Positions 53,581-64,000 of a stretch of 64,000 nucleotides of DNA are shown here, piece after piece. The stretch is taken from NCBI RefSeq assembly GCF_022846255.1, contig NZ_AP025682.1; one strand, 5' to 3'. The position numbers were made by a program, and so were the translations under genes. The stretch is from Escherichia coli (lineage in GTDB: Bacteria; Pseudomonadota; Gammaproteobacteria; Enterobacterales; Enterobacteriaceae). The stretch's first letter is position 1. Each line of letters begins with the position of its first letter. The notes beneath the pieces were generated by a model. That model was not told where the DNA came from and did no database searches. It saw only the letters and a list, made by a program, of their open reading frames with translations.

Positions 53581-54696
53581 ATGAAAGTTAAAGTACTGTC
53601 CCTCCTGGTCCCAGCTCTGCTGGTAGCAGGCGCAGCAAACGCTGCTGAAATTTACAACAAAGACGGCAACAAATTAGATCTGTACGGTAAAGTTGACGGC
53701 CTGCACTATTTCTCCGATAACGACTCTAAAGATGGCGACAAGACCTACATGCGTCTTGGCTTCAAAGGTGAAACTCAGGTTACTGATCAACTGACCGGTT
53801 ATGGTCAGTGGGAATATCAGATTCAAGGTAACGAACCTGAAAGTGACAATAGTTCCTGGACCCGTGTGGCATTCGCTGGTCTGAAATTCCAGGACGTTGG
53901 TTCTTTTGACTATGGTCGTAACTACGGCGTTGTTTATGACGTAACATCCTGGACCGACGTGCTGCCAGAATTCGGTGGTGACACCTACAGCTCTGACAAC
54001 TTCATGCAGCAGCGTGGTAACGGCTTCGCGACCTACCGTAACACCGACTTCTTCGGTCTGGTTGATGGCCTGAACTTTGCTGTTCAGTACCAGGGTAAAA
54101 ACGGTAGCCCGTCTGGCGAAGGTATGACTGGTGTGACCAACAATGGTCGTGATGTTCTGGAACAGAACGGTGACGGCGTTGGTGGTTCTATCACTTATGA
54201 CATCGGTGAAGGCTTCAGCTTCGGTGGTGCAATCTCCAGCTCCAAACGTACCGCAGAGCAGAACAATTATGGCATCGGTAACGGCGATCGTGCAGAAACC
54301 TACACTGGTGGTCTGAAATACGACGCTAACAATGTATACCTGGCTGCTCAGTACACCCAGACTTACAACGCAACTCTGGCTGGTGATTTAGGTTGGGCGA
54401 ACAAAGCTCAGAACTTTGAAGTGGTTGCACAGTACCAGTTCGACTTCGGTCTGCGTCCTTCTGTAGCTTACCTGCAGTCCAAAGGTAAAAACCTGAATGC
54501 CAACATCGCTGGTCGTACTTACGACGACGAAGATCTGCTGAAATATGTTGATGTTGGTGCGACCTACTACTTCAACAAAAACATGTCCACCTACGTTGAC
54601 TACAAAATCAACCTGCTGGACGACAACCAGTTCACCCGCGCTGCTGGCATCAACACTGATAACATCGTAGCTCTGGGTCTGGTTTACCAGTTCTAA
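53581..54696 (+). CDS. ompC: Outer membrane porin OmpC, 371 aa (non-K-12 allele)
   Basis: Signal peptide [21 protein letters not shown]; ends LVYQF; differs from my recollection of K-12 OmpC (367 aa) in loop segments. Confidence 0.9.
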   Translation: MKVKVLSLLVPALLVAGAANAAEIYNKDGNKLDLYGKVDGLHYFSDNDSKDGDKTYMRLGFKGETQVTDQLTGYGQWEYQIQGNEPESDNSSWTRVAFAGLKFQDVGSFDYGRNYGVVYDVTSWTDVLPEFGGDTYSSDNFMQQRGNGFATYRNTDFFGLVDGLNFAVQYQGKNGSPSGEGMTGVTNNGRDVLEQNGDGVGGSITYDIGEGFSFGGAISSSKRTAEQNNYGIGNGDRAETYTGGLKYDANNVYLAAQYTQTYNATLAGDLGWANKAQNFEVVAQYQFDFGLRPSVAYLQSKGKNLNANIAGRTYDDEDLLKYVDVGATYYFNKNMSTYVDYKINLLDDNQFTRAAGINTDNIVALGLVYQF

Positions 54697-54716
54697 TCTC
54701 GATTGATATCGAACAA

Positions 54717-54737
54717 AGGGCCTGCGGGCCCTTTTTT
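54717..54737 (+). terminator. Rho-independent terminator of ompC
   Basis: agggcc-tgcg-ggccct hairpin followed by T6. Confidence 0.75.
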
Positions 54738-54807
54738 CATTGTTTTCAGCGTACAAACACAGTTTTTTGGTGTACTCTTGCGACCGTTCGCATGAGGATA
54801 ATCACGT

Positions 54808-55863
54808 ATGGAAATAAGCTTTACCCGCGTGGCACTGCTGGCTGCCGCGCTCTTCTTTGTTGGTTGCGATCAAAAACCACAACCCGCCAAAACCCACGCT
54901 ACTGAAGTTACCGTTCTTGAAGGCAAAACCATGGGTACCTTCTGGCGTGCCAGCATTCCGGGCATTGACGCCAAACGCAGTGCCGAACTTAAAGAAAAGA
55001 TTCAGACCCAGCTGGACGCCGACGATCAGCTGCTTTCGACCTATAAAAAAGATTCCGCGCTGATGCGCTTTAACGACTCGCAAAGTTTGTCGCCGTGGCC
55101 AGTAAGTGAAGCGATGGCCGATATCGTCACCACCTCGCTACGCATTGGCGCGAAGACCGATGGCGCGATGGATATAACCGTCGGGCCGCTGGTGAATCTG
55201 TGGGGCTTTGGCCCGGAACAACAGCCGGTTCAAATTCCGAGCCAGGAACAGATCGATGCGATGAAAGCCAAAACCGGCTTACAGCACCTGACGGTCATTA
55301 ATCAGTCGCATCAGCAATATCTGCAAAAAAACCTGCCGGATTTATATGTCGATCTCTCCACTGTCGGCGAAGGCTATGCGGCGGATCATCTGGCACGCTT
55401 GATGGAGCAGGAAGGGATTTCCCGCTATCTGGTGTCGGTGGGCGGCGCGCTGAACAGCCGTGGCATGAACGGTGAAGGCCAGCCGTGGCGGGTAGCGATT
55501 CAAAAACCAACCGATAAAGAAAACGCGGTTCAGGCTGTGGTGGATATCAACGGTCATGGCATTAGCACCTCTGGCAGCTACCGTAACTATTACGAACTGG
55601 ACGGCAAACGTCTTTCTCATGTTATCGATCCGCAAACCGGGCGTCCTATCGAACACAATCTGGTATCCGTGACGGTGATTGCCCCGACGGCGCTGGAAGC
55701 CGATGCCTGGGATACTGGCTTAATGGTACTGGGGCCGGAGAAAGCCAAAGAGGTTGTTCGCCGGGAAGGACTGGCGGTCTACATGATCACCAAAGAGGGC
55801 GATAATTTTAAAGCCTGGATGTCGCCGCAGTTTAAAAGCTTCCTTATCAGCGAAAAAAATTAA
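54808..55863 (+). CDS. apbE: FAD:protein FMN transferase ApbE (lipoprotein), 351 aa
   Basis: Lipobox LFFVGC near the N-terminus. Confidence 0.85.
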   Translation: MEISFTRVALLAAALFFVGCDQKPQPAKTHATEVTVLEGKTMGTFWRASIPGIDAKRSAELKEKIQTQLDADDQLLSTYKKDSALMRFNDSQSLSPWPVSEAMADIVTTSLRIGAKTDGAMDITVGPLVNLWGFGPEQQPVQIPSQEQIDAMKAKTGLQHLTVINQSHQQYLQKNLPDLYVDLSTVGEGYAADHLARLMEQEGISRYLVSVGGALNSRGMNGEGQPWRVAIQKPTDKENAVQAVVDINGHGISTSGSYRNYYELDGKRLSHVIDPQTGRPIEHNLVSVTVIAPTALEADAWDTGLMVLGPEKAKEVVRREGLAVYMITKEGDNFKAWMSPQFKSFLISEKN

Positions 55864-55869
55864 AGCGCA
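55857..55869 (+). promoter_or_regulatory. Ada box of the ada-alkB promoter
   Basis: AAATTAAAGCGCA matches AAANNAAAGCGCA; overlaps the apbE stop codon. Confidence 0.7.
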
Positions 55870-55936
55870 AGATTGTTGGTTTTTGTGCGATGGTGACCGG
55901 GCAGACTAAAGGCTATCCTTAACCAGGGAGCTGATT

Positions 55937-57001
55937 ATGAAATACGCCACATGCTTAACTGACGATCAACGCTGGCAATCTGTCTTAGCCCGCGACTCGA
56001 ATGCCGACGGCGAATTCGTTTTCGCCGTGCGCACCACGGGTATCTTTTGCCGTCCGTCTTGCCGAGCCAGACATGCCTTGCGGGAAAATGTCTCCTTCTA
56101 CGCAAATGCCAGCGAGGCGCTTGCCGCTGGCTTTCGTCCCTGCAAACGTTGTCAGCCAGACAAAGCCAATCCCCTGCAACATCGCCTTGATAAAATTACC
56201 CACGCCTGCCGACTTCTGGAACAGGAAACGCCTGTAACGCTGGAAGCCTTAGCCGACCAGGTGGCGATGAGTCCATTTCATTTGCATCGGTTGTTTAAAG
56301 CGACTACCGGAATGACGCCTAAAGCCTGGCAACAGGCCTGGCGCGCTCGCCGTTTGCGCGAATTGCTGGCGAAAGGGGAGAGCGTGACTACATCTATTAT
56401 TAACGCCGGATTCCCCGACAGCAGCAGTTACTACCGCAAAGCCGACGAAACGCTGGGCATGACGGCTAAACAATTCCGTCACGGTGGCGAAAATCTGGCG
56501 GTGCGTTACGCGCTGGCTGATTGTGAGCTGGGCCGTTGCCTGGTGGCAGAAAGTGAGCGGGGGATTTGCGCGATATTACTGGGCGATGATGACGCGACAC
56601 TAATCAGCGAGTTACAGCAGATGTTTCCCGCTGCCGACAGCGCGCCTGCCGATCTGACGTTTCAGCAACATGTGCGTGAAGTGATCGCCAGCCTCAATCA
56701 ACGCGATACGCCGCTGACGTTACCGCTGGACATTCGCGGCACTGCTTTTCAGCAACAAGTCTGGCAGGCACTGCGCACGATACCTTGCGGTGAAACCGTC
56801 AGTTATCAGCAACTGGCTAACGCCATCGGCAAACCGAAAGCGGTACGGGCCGTTGCCAGCGCCTGTGCCGCCAACAAGCTGGCTATCATAATACCCTGTC
56901 ATCGGGTGGTCCGTGGTGATGGCACACTTTCCGGTTACCGCTGGGGCGTGTCGCGTAAAGCGCAACTGCTGCGCCGCGAAGCTGAGAATGAGGAGAGGTA
57001 A
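55937..57001 (+). CDS. ada: Bifunctional regulator / O6-methylguanine-DNA methyltransferase Ada, 354 aa
   Basis: N-terminal Zn Cys cluster; C-terminal PCHRV active site. Confidence 0.95.
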   Translation: MKYATCLTDDQRWQSVLARDSNADGEFVFAVRTTGIFCRPSCRARHALRENVSFYANASEALAAGFRPCKRCQPDKANPLQHRLDKITHACRLLEQETPVTLEALADQVAMSPFHLHRLFKATTGMTPKAWQQAWRARRLRELLAKGESVTTSIINAGFPDSSSYYRKADETLGMTAKQFRHGGENLAVRYALADCELGRCLVAESERGICAILLGDDDATLISELQQMFPAADSAPADLTFQQHVREVIASLNQRDTPLTLPLDIRGTAFQQQVWQALRTIPCGETVSYQQLANAIGKPKAVRAVASACAANKLAIIIPCHRVVRGDGTLSGYRWGVSRKAQLLRREAENEER

Positions 57002-57651
57002 TGTTGGATCTGTTTGCCGATGATGAACCGTGGCAAGAGCCACTGGCGGCTGGTGCGGTAATTTTACGGCGTTTTGCTTTTAACGCTGCGGAGCAACTGA
57101 TCCGCGATATTAATGATGTTGCCAGCCAGTCGCCGTTTCGCCAGATGGTCACTCCAGGCGGATATACCATGTCGGTGGCGATGACCAACTGTGGGCATCT
57201 GGGCTGGACGACCCATCGGCAAGGTTATCTCTATTCGCCCATTGATCCGCAAACAAATAAACCGTGGCCCGCCATGCCGCAGAGTTTTCATCATTTATGT
57301 CAACGTGCGGCTACGGCGGCGGGCTATCCAGATTTCCAGCCAGATGCCTGTTTGATCAACCGCTACGCTCCTGGCGCGAAACTGTCGCTGCATCAGGATA
57401 AAGACGAACCGGATCTGCGCGCGCCGATTGTTTCTGTTTCTCTGGGCTTACCCGCGATTTTTCAATTTGGCGGCCTGAAACGAAATGATCCGCTAAAACG
57501 TTTGTTGTTGGAACATGGCGATGTGGTGGTATGGGGCGGTGAATCGCGGCTGTTTTATCATGGCATTCAACCGTTGAAAGCGGGGTTTCATCCACTCACC
57601 GCCGACTGCCGCTACAACCTGACATTCCGTCAGGCAGGTAAAAAAGAATAA
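57001..57651 (+). CDS. alkB: Alkylated-DNA repair dioxygenase AlkB, 216 aa
   Basis: Start overlaps ada stop by 1 nt (TAATG). Confidence 0.95.
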   Translation: MLDLFADDEPWQEPLAAGAVILRRFAFNAAEQLIRDINDVASQSPFRQMVTPGGYTMSVAMTNCGHLGWTTHRQGYLYSPIDPQTNKPWPAMPQSFHHLCQRAATAAGYPDFQPDACLINRYAPGAKLSLHQDKDEPDLRAPIVSVSLGLPAIFQFGGLKRNDPLKRLLLEHGDVVVWGGESRLFYHGIQPLKAGFHPLTADCRYNLTFRQAGKKE

Positions 57652-57726
57652 AAATAAGAATTATTATTGCTGTGCGCACGAAGATGTTTAAACTGCGGGC
57701 TGTAATTCATTGTCCGGGTTTTCTGC

Positions 57727-59370
57727 ATGGAACTTCTTGTACTTGTCTGGCGGCAGTATCGCTGGCCATTTATCAGTGTGATGGCGCTAAGCCTCGCCAG
57801 TGCGGCATTAGGCATTGGCTTAATTGCTTTTATCAATCAGCGCCTTATCGAAACGGCGGATACCAGTCTGCTGGTGTTGCCGGAGTTTCTGGGATTATTG
57901 TTGCTGTTGATGGCAGTCACTCTCGGATCGCAACTGGCGCTCACCACTTTGGGGCATCACTTCGTTTACCAACTGCGTAGTGAATTTATCAAGCGGATTC
58001 TGGATACCCACGTCGAGCGCATTGAACAACTTGGTAGCGCTTCGTTGCTGGCGGGGTTAACCAGCGATGTGCGCAATATCACCATTGCTTTTGTGCGTCT
58101 GCCGGAACTGGTGCAGGGGATCATTCTCACTATCGGTTCCGCGGCGTATTTGTGGATGCTGTCGGGCAAAATGTTGCTGGTAACGGCTATCTGGATGGCA
58201 GTCACCATCTGGGGCGGTTTTGTGCTGGTGGCGCGGGTGTACAAACATATGGCGACCCTGCGTGAAACCGAAGATAAGCTGTACACGGATTTTCAAACCG
58301 TACTCGAAGGGCGCAAAGAGCTGACTCTGAACCGGGAACGCGCCGAGTATGTGTTTAACAACCTCTACATTCCTGATGCGCAAGAGTATCGCCATCATAT
58401 TATCCGCGCAGACACCTTCCATCTTAGTGCCGTGAACTGGTCAAACATCATGATGCTGGGCGCTATCGGCCTGGTGTTCTGGATGGCGAACAGTCTCGGT
58501 TGGGCTGATACCAACGTTGCCGCGACCTATTCGTTGACGCTGTTATTCCTGCGTACGCCGCTGCTTTCGGCAGTTGGCGCATTGCCGACGCTGCTGACGG
58601 CGCAGGTGGCGTTTAACAAGCTGAACAAATTCGCGCTCGCACCTTTCAAAGCAGAGTTTCCACGCCCGCAGGCGTTTCCCAACTGGCAAACGCTGGAGCT
58701 GCGTAACGTGACGTTTGCTTATCAGGATAACGCGTTTTCCGTTGGGCCGATTAACCTCACCATCAAACGTGGCGAACTGCTGTTTCTGATTGGTGGCAAC
58801 GGTAGCGGAAAATCGACGCTGGCGATGTTGCTGACGGGCTTGTATCAGCCACAAAGCGGCGAAATCTTGCTGGATGGCAAACCTGTCAGCGGCGAACAAC
58901 CGGAAGATTATCGCAAACTGTTTTCGGCAGTGTTTACCGATGTCTGGCTGTTTGATCAACTGCTGGGGCCGGAGGGTCAACCCGCTAACCCGCAACTGAT
59001 TGAGAAGTGGCTGGCGCAACTGAAAATGGCTCATAAGCTTGAGTTAAGCAACGGACGTATTGTTAACCTGAAGTTATCAAAAGGGCAGAAAAAACGCGTC
59101 GCGCTGTTGCTGGCGCTGGCAGAAGAACGCGATATTATCCTGCTGGATGAATGGGCGGCGGATCAGGACCCACACTTCCGTCGTGAGTTTTATCAGGTGC
59201 TGCTACCGCTGATGCAGGAGATGGGTAAAACGATTTTCGCCATCAGTCATGATGATCATTACTTTATCCACGCTGACCGCCTGCTGGAAATGCGCAACGG
59301 GCAACTTAGCGAGCTGACAGGCGAAGAGCGCGATGCTGCTTCGCGTGATGCCGTTGCCCGGACGGCATAA
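57727..59370 (+). CDS. yojI: ABC transporter (fused permease/ATPase) YojI, microcin J25 efflux, 547 aa
   Basis: Walker [10 protein letters not shown]; N-terminal transmembrane domain. Confidence 0.85.
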   Translation: MELLVLVWRQYRWPFISVMALSLASAALGIGLIAFINQRLIETADTSLLVLPEFLGLLLLLMAVTLGSQLALTTLGHHFVYQLRSEFIKRILDTHVERIEQLGSASLLAGLTSDVRNITIAFVRLPELVQGIILTIGSAAYLWMLSGKMLLVTAIWMAVTIWGGFVLVARVYKHMATLRETEDKLYTDFQTVLEGRKELTLNRERAEYVFNNLYIPDAQEYRHHIIRADTFHLSAVNWSNIMMLGAIGLVFWMANSLGWADTNVAATYSLTLLFLRTPLLSAVGALPTLLTAQVAFNKLNKFALAPFKAEFPRPQAFPNWQTLELRNVTFAYQDNAFSVGPINLTIKRGELLFLIGGNGSGKSTLAMLLTGLYQPQSGEILLDGKPVSGEQPEDYRKLFSAVFTDVWLFDQLLGPEGQPANPQLIEKWLAQLKMAHKLELSNGRIVNLKLSKGQKKRVALLLALAEERDIILLDEWAADQDPHFRREFYQVLLPLMQEMGKTIFAISHDDHYFIHADRLLEMRNGQLSELTGEERDAASRDAVARTA

Positions 59371-59382
59371 TATTTCGACGCT

Positions 59383-59409
59383 GACCTGGCGGACTGCTGC
59401 CGCCAGGTC
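59383..59409 (+). terminator. Stem-loop downstream of yojI (candidate terminator)
   Basis: Perfect 10-bp stem gacctggcgg/ccgccaggtc with 7-nt loop; followed by AT-rich sequence but no clean U-run. Confidence 0.45.
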
Positions 59410-59575
59410 AATATTCTAAAAATCCCTTCATTTCTAATAACCCTATAATTAATCAACGAAATTATAATGTTTCTAAAATTAGAATATAATTTATAAACAT
59501 TATTTAAATGTTGTTACTTAAGTGTTACCGTTGATGCCGCGCAAATCTCACCTGCAATAAAGCGACTAAAAGTAA

Positions 59576-61234
<1,659 letters not shown>

Positions 61235-61236
61235 TG

Positions 61237-61365
61237 ATGTGCCACATCCGGCATGGTATGCCGGATGTGGCGTATGCAGATAAGACGCGTCAGCGTCGCA
61301 TCAGGCAACCGGCTCGGGCGTTAGATGTCGGATGCGGCGTAACCGCCTTATCCGACCTGGCGGTT
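61237..61365. repeat. REP/BIME cluster between mqo and eco
   Basis: gatgtgccacatccggcatggtatgccggatgtggcg ... gatgtcggatgcggcgtaaccgccttatccgacctggcgg. Confidence 0.8.
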
Positions 61366-61383
61366 GCAGCACTTCACAGCAGT

Positions 61384-61872
61384 TTAGCGAACTACCGCGT
61401 TGTCAATTTTCTCTTCCGCCTTCCAGACGCGGTACTTCACATCTACATTGTCTGGCGTATACACCACGATCGGCAGCTTGCTGTTATAACGCAGCATTCC
61501 GGCATCGCCCAGATACGCGGTGACAAATTTCTTCTCTTTCTTGCCATCCGGGCAGGCCATCATCGTCGAAACCGGGGAACTGACTTTATCAAAGACATAA
61601 TAATCATAGCCCCAGCCTTCCAGCGTTTTGCTTTCCAGCTTCCCGCCGAGACGATGCAAATTGCAATCGACTTCCAGCGTCTGGCCGATTAACAGTTCTA
61701 CTTTCAGGGTAGATTCATCTTCTTGCGGGGTTAACTGAATCACCTGGCGCTTCATGCCTTTTTCAGCTTGTGGATAAGGTGCGATTTTTTCCAGTGGCTG
61801 GACGCTTTCTGCCGCCCAGGCGGAAGTGGTGGCGAAAGCGGCAAACAATACTGCAGGTAGAATGGTCTTCAT
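61384..61872 (-). CDS. eco: Ecotin, periplasmic serine protease inhibitor, 162 aa
   Basis: Starts [20 protein letters not shown]; ORF-track start 61893 is an extension. Confidence 0.9.
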
Positions 61873-62131
61873 TTTTTTGCTTTCCTTCTTCATTTATAGG
61901 TTTTCACCGATGATGACGCTGAAGGTTAACATATTCATCAGATTTATTAATTTGCTTTATGAATAACTTAAAGAACATTCAGATAATTTTACCTGCTCTT
62001 TTAGTGTTAAATTCTGATGAGAAAACAAACCAGCAGAAATATCTCTGGCGAATTAATCGATATATAAATATGTTTATAACCATTTGAAATGTGAGCAAAA
62101 GCCCGTTTTTGCCACGCTTCCCGCCACTCTT

Positions 62132-62166
62132 TTGATCCTGCTACAGGTTTTACCCCGATCGGGGTA
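62132..62166 (+). promoter_or_regulatory. napF promoter: FNR-like site (62132-62145) and NarP/NarL 7-2-7 palindrome (62151-62166)
   Basis: ttgatcctgctaca, then perfect palindrome TACCCCGATCGGGGTA 20 bp downstream; spacing fits the known -64.5/-44.5 arrangement; taatat -10 candidate at 62187-62192. Confidence 0.65.
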
Positions 62167-62279
62167 TGCATCTTTGACACATCCTTTAATATCTTAGCGG
62201 CTATAAAAATGGCTTATTAATTATGCGGTTTATTTGGTCGCTCTCAATTTTCAGAGCGCGTTAATGATGGAAGGTCAAT

Positions 62280-62774
62280 GTGAAGATTGATGCATCCCGT
62301 CGGGGCATACTCACTGGTCGCTGGCGCAAAGCCAGTAACGGTATCCGTCCGCCCTGGTCCGGTGATGAATCTCATTTTCTGACCCATTGCACCCGCTGCG
62401 ACGCCTGTATTAATGCTTGTGAAAACAACATTCTGCAACGCGGCGCGGGTGGCTATCCGAGCGTTAATTTCAAAAATAACGAGTGCAGCTTCTGTTACGC
62501 CTGCGCGCAGGCTTGCCCCGAATCGCTATTTTCTCCGCGCCACACCAGGGCCTGGGATTTGCAGTTCACCATTGGGGACGCGTGCCTGGCGTATCAGTCA
62601 GTTGAATGCCGCCGCTGTCAGGATAGCTGTGAGCCAATGGCAATTATCTTTCGCCCGACGCTCTCCGGGATCTACCAGCCGCAACTTAATAGCCAACTTT
62701 GCAACGGATGTGGAGCATGTGCAGCCAGCTGTCCGGTATCAGCCATAACTGCGGAGTATCTCCATGCACACTAA
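62280..62774 (+). CDS. napF: Ferredoxin-type protein NapF, 164 aa
   Basis: GTG start with SD ggaagg 62269-62274; multiple CxxCxxC clusters. Confidence 0.85.
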   Translation: MKIDASRRGILTGRWRKASNGIRPPWSGDESHFLTHCTRCDACINACENNILQRGAGGYPSVNFKNNECSFCYACAQACPESLFSPRHTRAWDLQFTIGDACLAYQSVECRRCQDSCEPMAIIFRPTLSGIYQPQLNSQLCNGCGACAASCPVSAITAEYLHAH

Positions 62775-63027
62775 CTGGCAAGTTTGCAGCCTGGTCGTGC
62801 AGGCCAAAAGCGAACGAATTTCAGACATCAGCACCCAACTGAACGCCTTTACCGGCTGTGAAGTTGCTGTCAGCGACGCGCCGAGCGGTCAGTTGATTGT
62901 GGTGGTGGAAGCAGAAGACAGCGAAACGCTGATCCAAACCATTGAGTCAGTACGCAACGTAGAGGGCGTGCTGGCGGTGTCGCTGGTTTATCACCAGCAG
63001 GAAGAGCAAGGTGAGGAAACACCATGA
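62764..63027 (+). CDS. napD: NapA chaperone NapD, 87 aa
   Basis: Overlaps napF by 11 bp and napA by 4 bp. Confidence 0.85.
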   Translation: MHTNWQVCSLVVQAKSERISDISTQLNAFTGCEVAVSDAPSGQLIVVVEAEDSETLIQTIESVRNVEGVLAVSLVYHQQEEQGEETP

Positions 63028-64000
63028 AACTCAGTCGTCGTAGCTTTATGAAAGCTAACGCCGTTGCGGCCGCTGCGGCGGCTGCCGGTCTCAGCGTGCC
63101 GGGCGTTGCCCGCGCCGTTGTTGGTCAGCAGGAAGCCATTAAATGGGATAAAGCGCCGTGCCGTTTCTGCGGTACGGGTTGCGGCGTTCTGGTCGGAACG
63201 CAGCAGGGGCGTGTGGTGGCCTGTCAGGGCGACCCGGACGCACCGGTTAACCGTGGCCTGAACTGCATTAAGGGCTATTTCCTGCCCAAAATCATGTACG
63301 GTAAAGACCGTTTGACGCAGCCGCTGCTGCGTATGAAAAACGGTAAATATGACAAAGAAGGCGAATTTACCCCAATCACCTGGGATCAGGCCTTCGATGT
63401 GATGGAAGAGAAATTCAAAACCGCCCTGAAAGAAAAAGGGCCGGAATCGATCGGTATGTTCGGTTCTGGTCAGTGGACTATCTGGGAAGGTTATGCCGCG
63501 TCCAAGTTGTTCAAAGCGGGCTTCCGTTCGAACAACATCGACCCGAACGCGCGTCACTGTATGGCGTCGGCAGTAGTTGGCTTTATGCGTACCTTTGGTA
63601 TGGATGAGCCGATGGGCTGCTATGACGACATCGAGCAGGCTGACGCGTTTGTGCTGTGGGGCTCCAACATGGCGGAGATGCACCCGATCCTCTGGTCGCG
63701 CATCACTAACCGTCGTCTTTCTAACCAGAACGTCACCGTGGCGGTGCTTTCTACCTACCAGCATCGTAGCTTCGAGCTGGCGGATAACGGCATCATCTTT
63801 ACGCCGCAATCTGACCTGGTGATCCTGAACTATATCGCCAACTATATCATTCAAAACAATGCGATAAATCAGGACTTCTTCAGCAAACACGTTAACCTGC
63901 GCAAAGGGGCGACGGACATCGGCTACGGTTTACGTCCGACCCATCCGCTGGAAAAAGCAGCGAAGAATCCGGGTTCTGACGCCTCCGAACCGATGAGCTT
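63024..64000 (+). CDS. napA: Periplasmic nitrate reductase catalytic subunit NapA, N-terminal part (runs off window)
   Basis: Twin-arginine signal [31 protein letters not shown]; Cys cluster CRFCGTGC; not in ORF track because it has no stop inside the window. Confidence 0.9.
   Translation, partial: MKLSRRSFMKANAVAAAAAAAGLSVPGVARAVVGQQEAIKWDKAPCRFCGTGCGVLVGTQQGRVVACQGDPDAPVNRGLNCIKGYFLPKIMYGKDRLTQPLLRMKNGKYDKEGEFTPITWDQAFDVMEEKFKTALKEKGPESIGMFGSGQWTIWEGYAASKLFKAGFRSNNIDPNARHCMASAVVGFMRTFGMDEPMGCYDDIEQADAFVLWGSNMAEMHPILWSRITNRRLSNQNVTVAVLSTYQHRSFELADNGIIFTPQSDLVILNYIANYIIQNNAINQDFFSKHVNLRKGATDIGYGLRPTHPLEKAAKNPGSDASEPMS

Overview
This window is an Escherichia coli chromosomal segment syntenic with the K-12 region running ais–nudI–yfaZ–yfaY–rhmRDTA–ypaA/yfaD–glpCBA/glpTQ–inaA–yfaE–nrdBA–yfaL–ubiG–gyrA–yfaATSQP–atoBEAD–atoC–atoSC–rcsC–rcsBD–micF–ompC–apbE–ada–alkB–yojI–mqo–eco–napFDA, read here in the opposite orientation to the usual K-12 map. 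Gene calls rest on my recognition of the translated ORFs as well-known E. coli proteins, plus start-codon/Shine-Dalgarno context and recalled K-12 protein lengths; no database search was run. The window is densely coding, with about 50 genes, one sRNA (micF), several REP/BIME clusters, and no rRNA, tRNA, CRISPR or prophage. The strain is not identical to MG1655: a complete 1426-bp IS4 with a 12-bp target duplication splits atoC, yfaS is an intact ORF, and ompC looks like a non-K-12 allele. I do not see evidence for a genuinely undescribed system. The least understood content is the exported five-gene yfaA-yfaT-yfaS-yfaQ-yfaP cluster (thioester-less alpha-2-macroglobulin homologue plus DUF proteins), followed by the rpnB/rpnE nuclease pair with its internal duplication.
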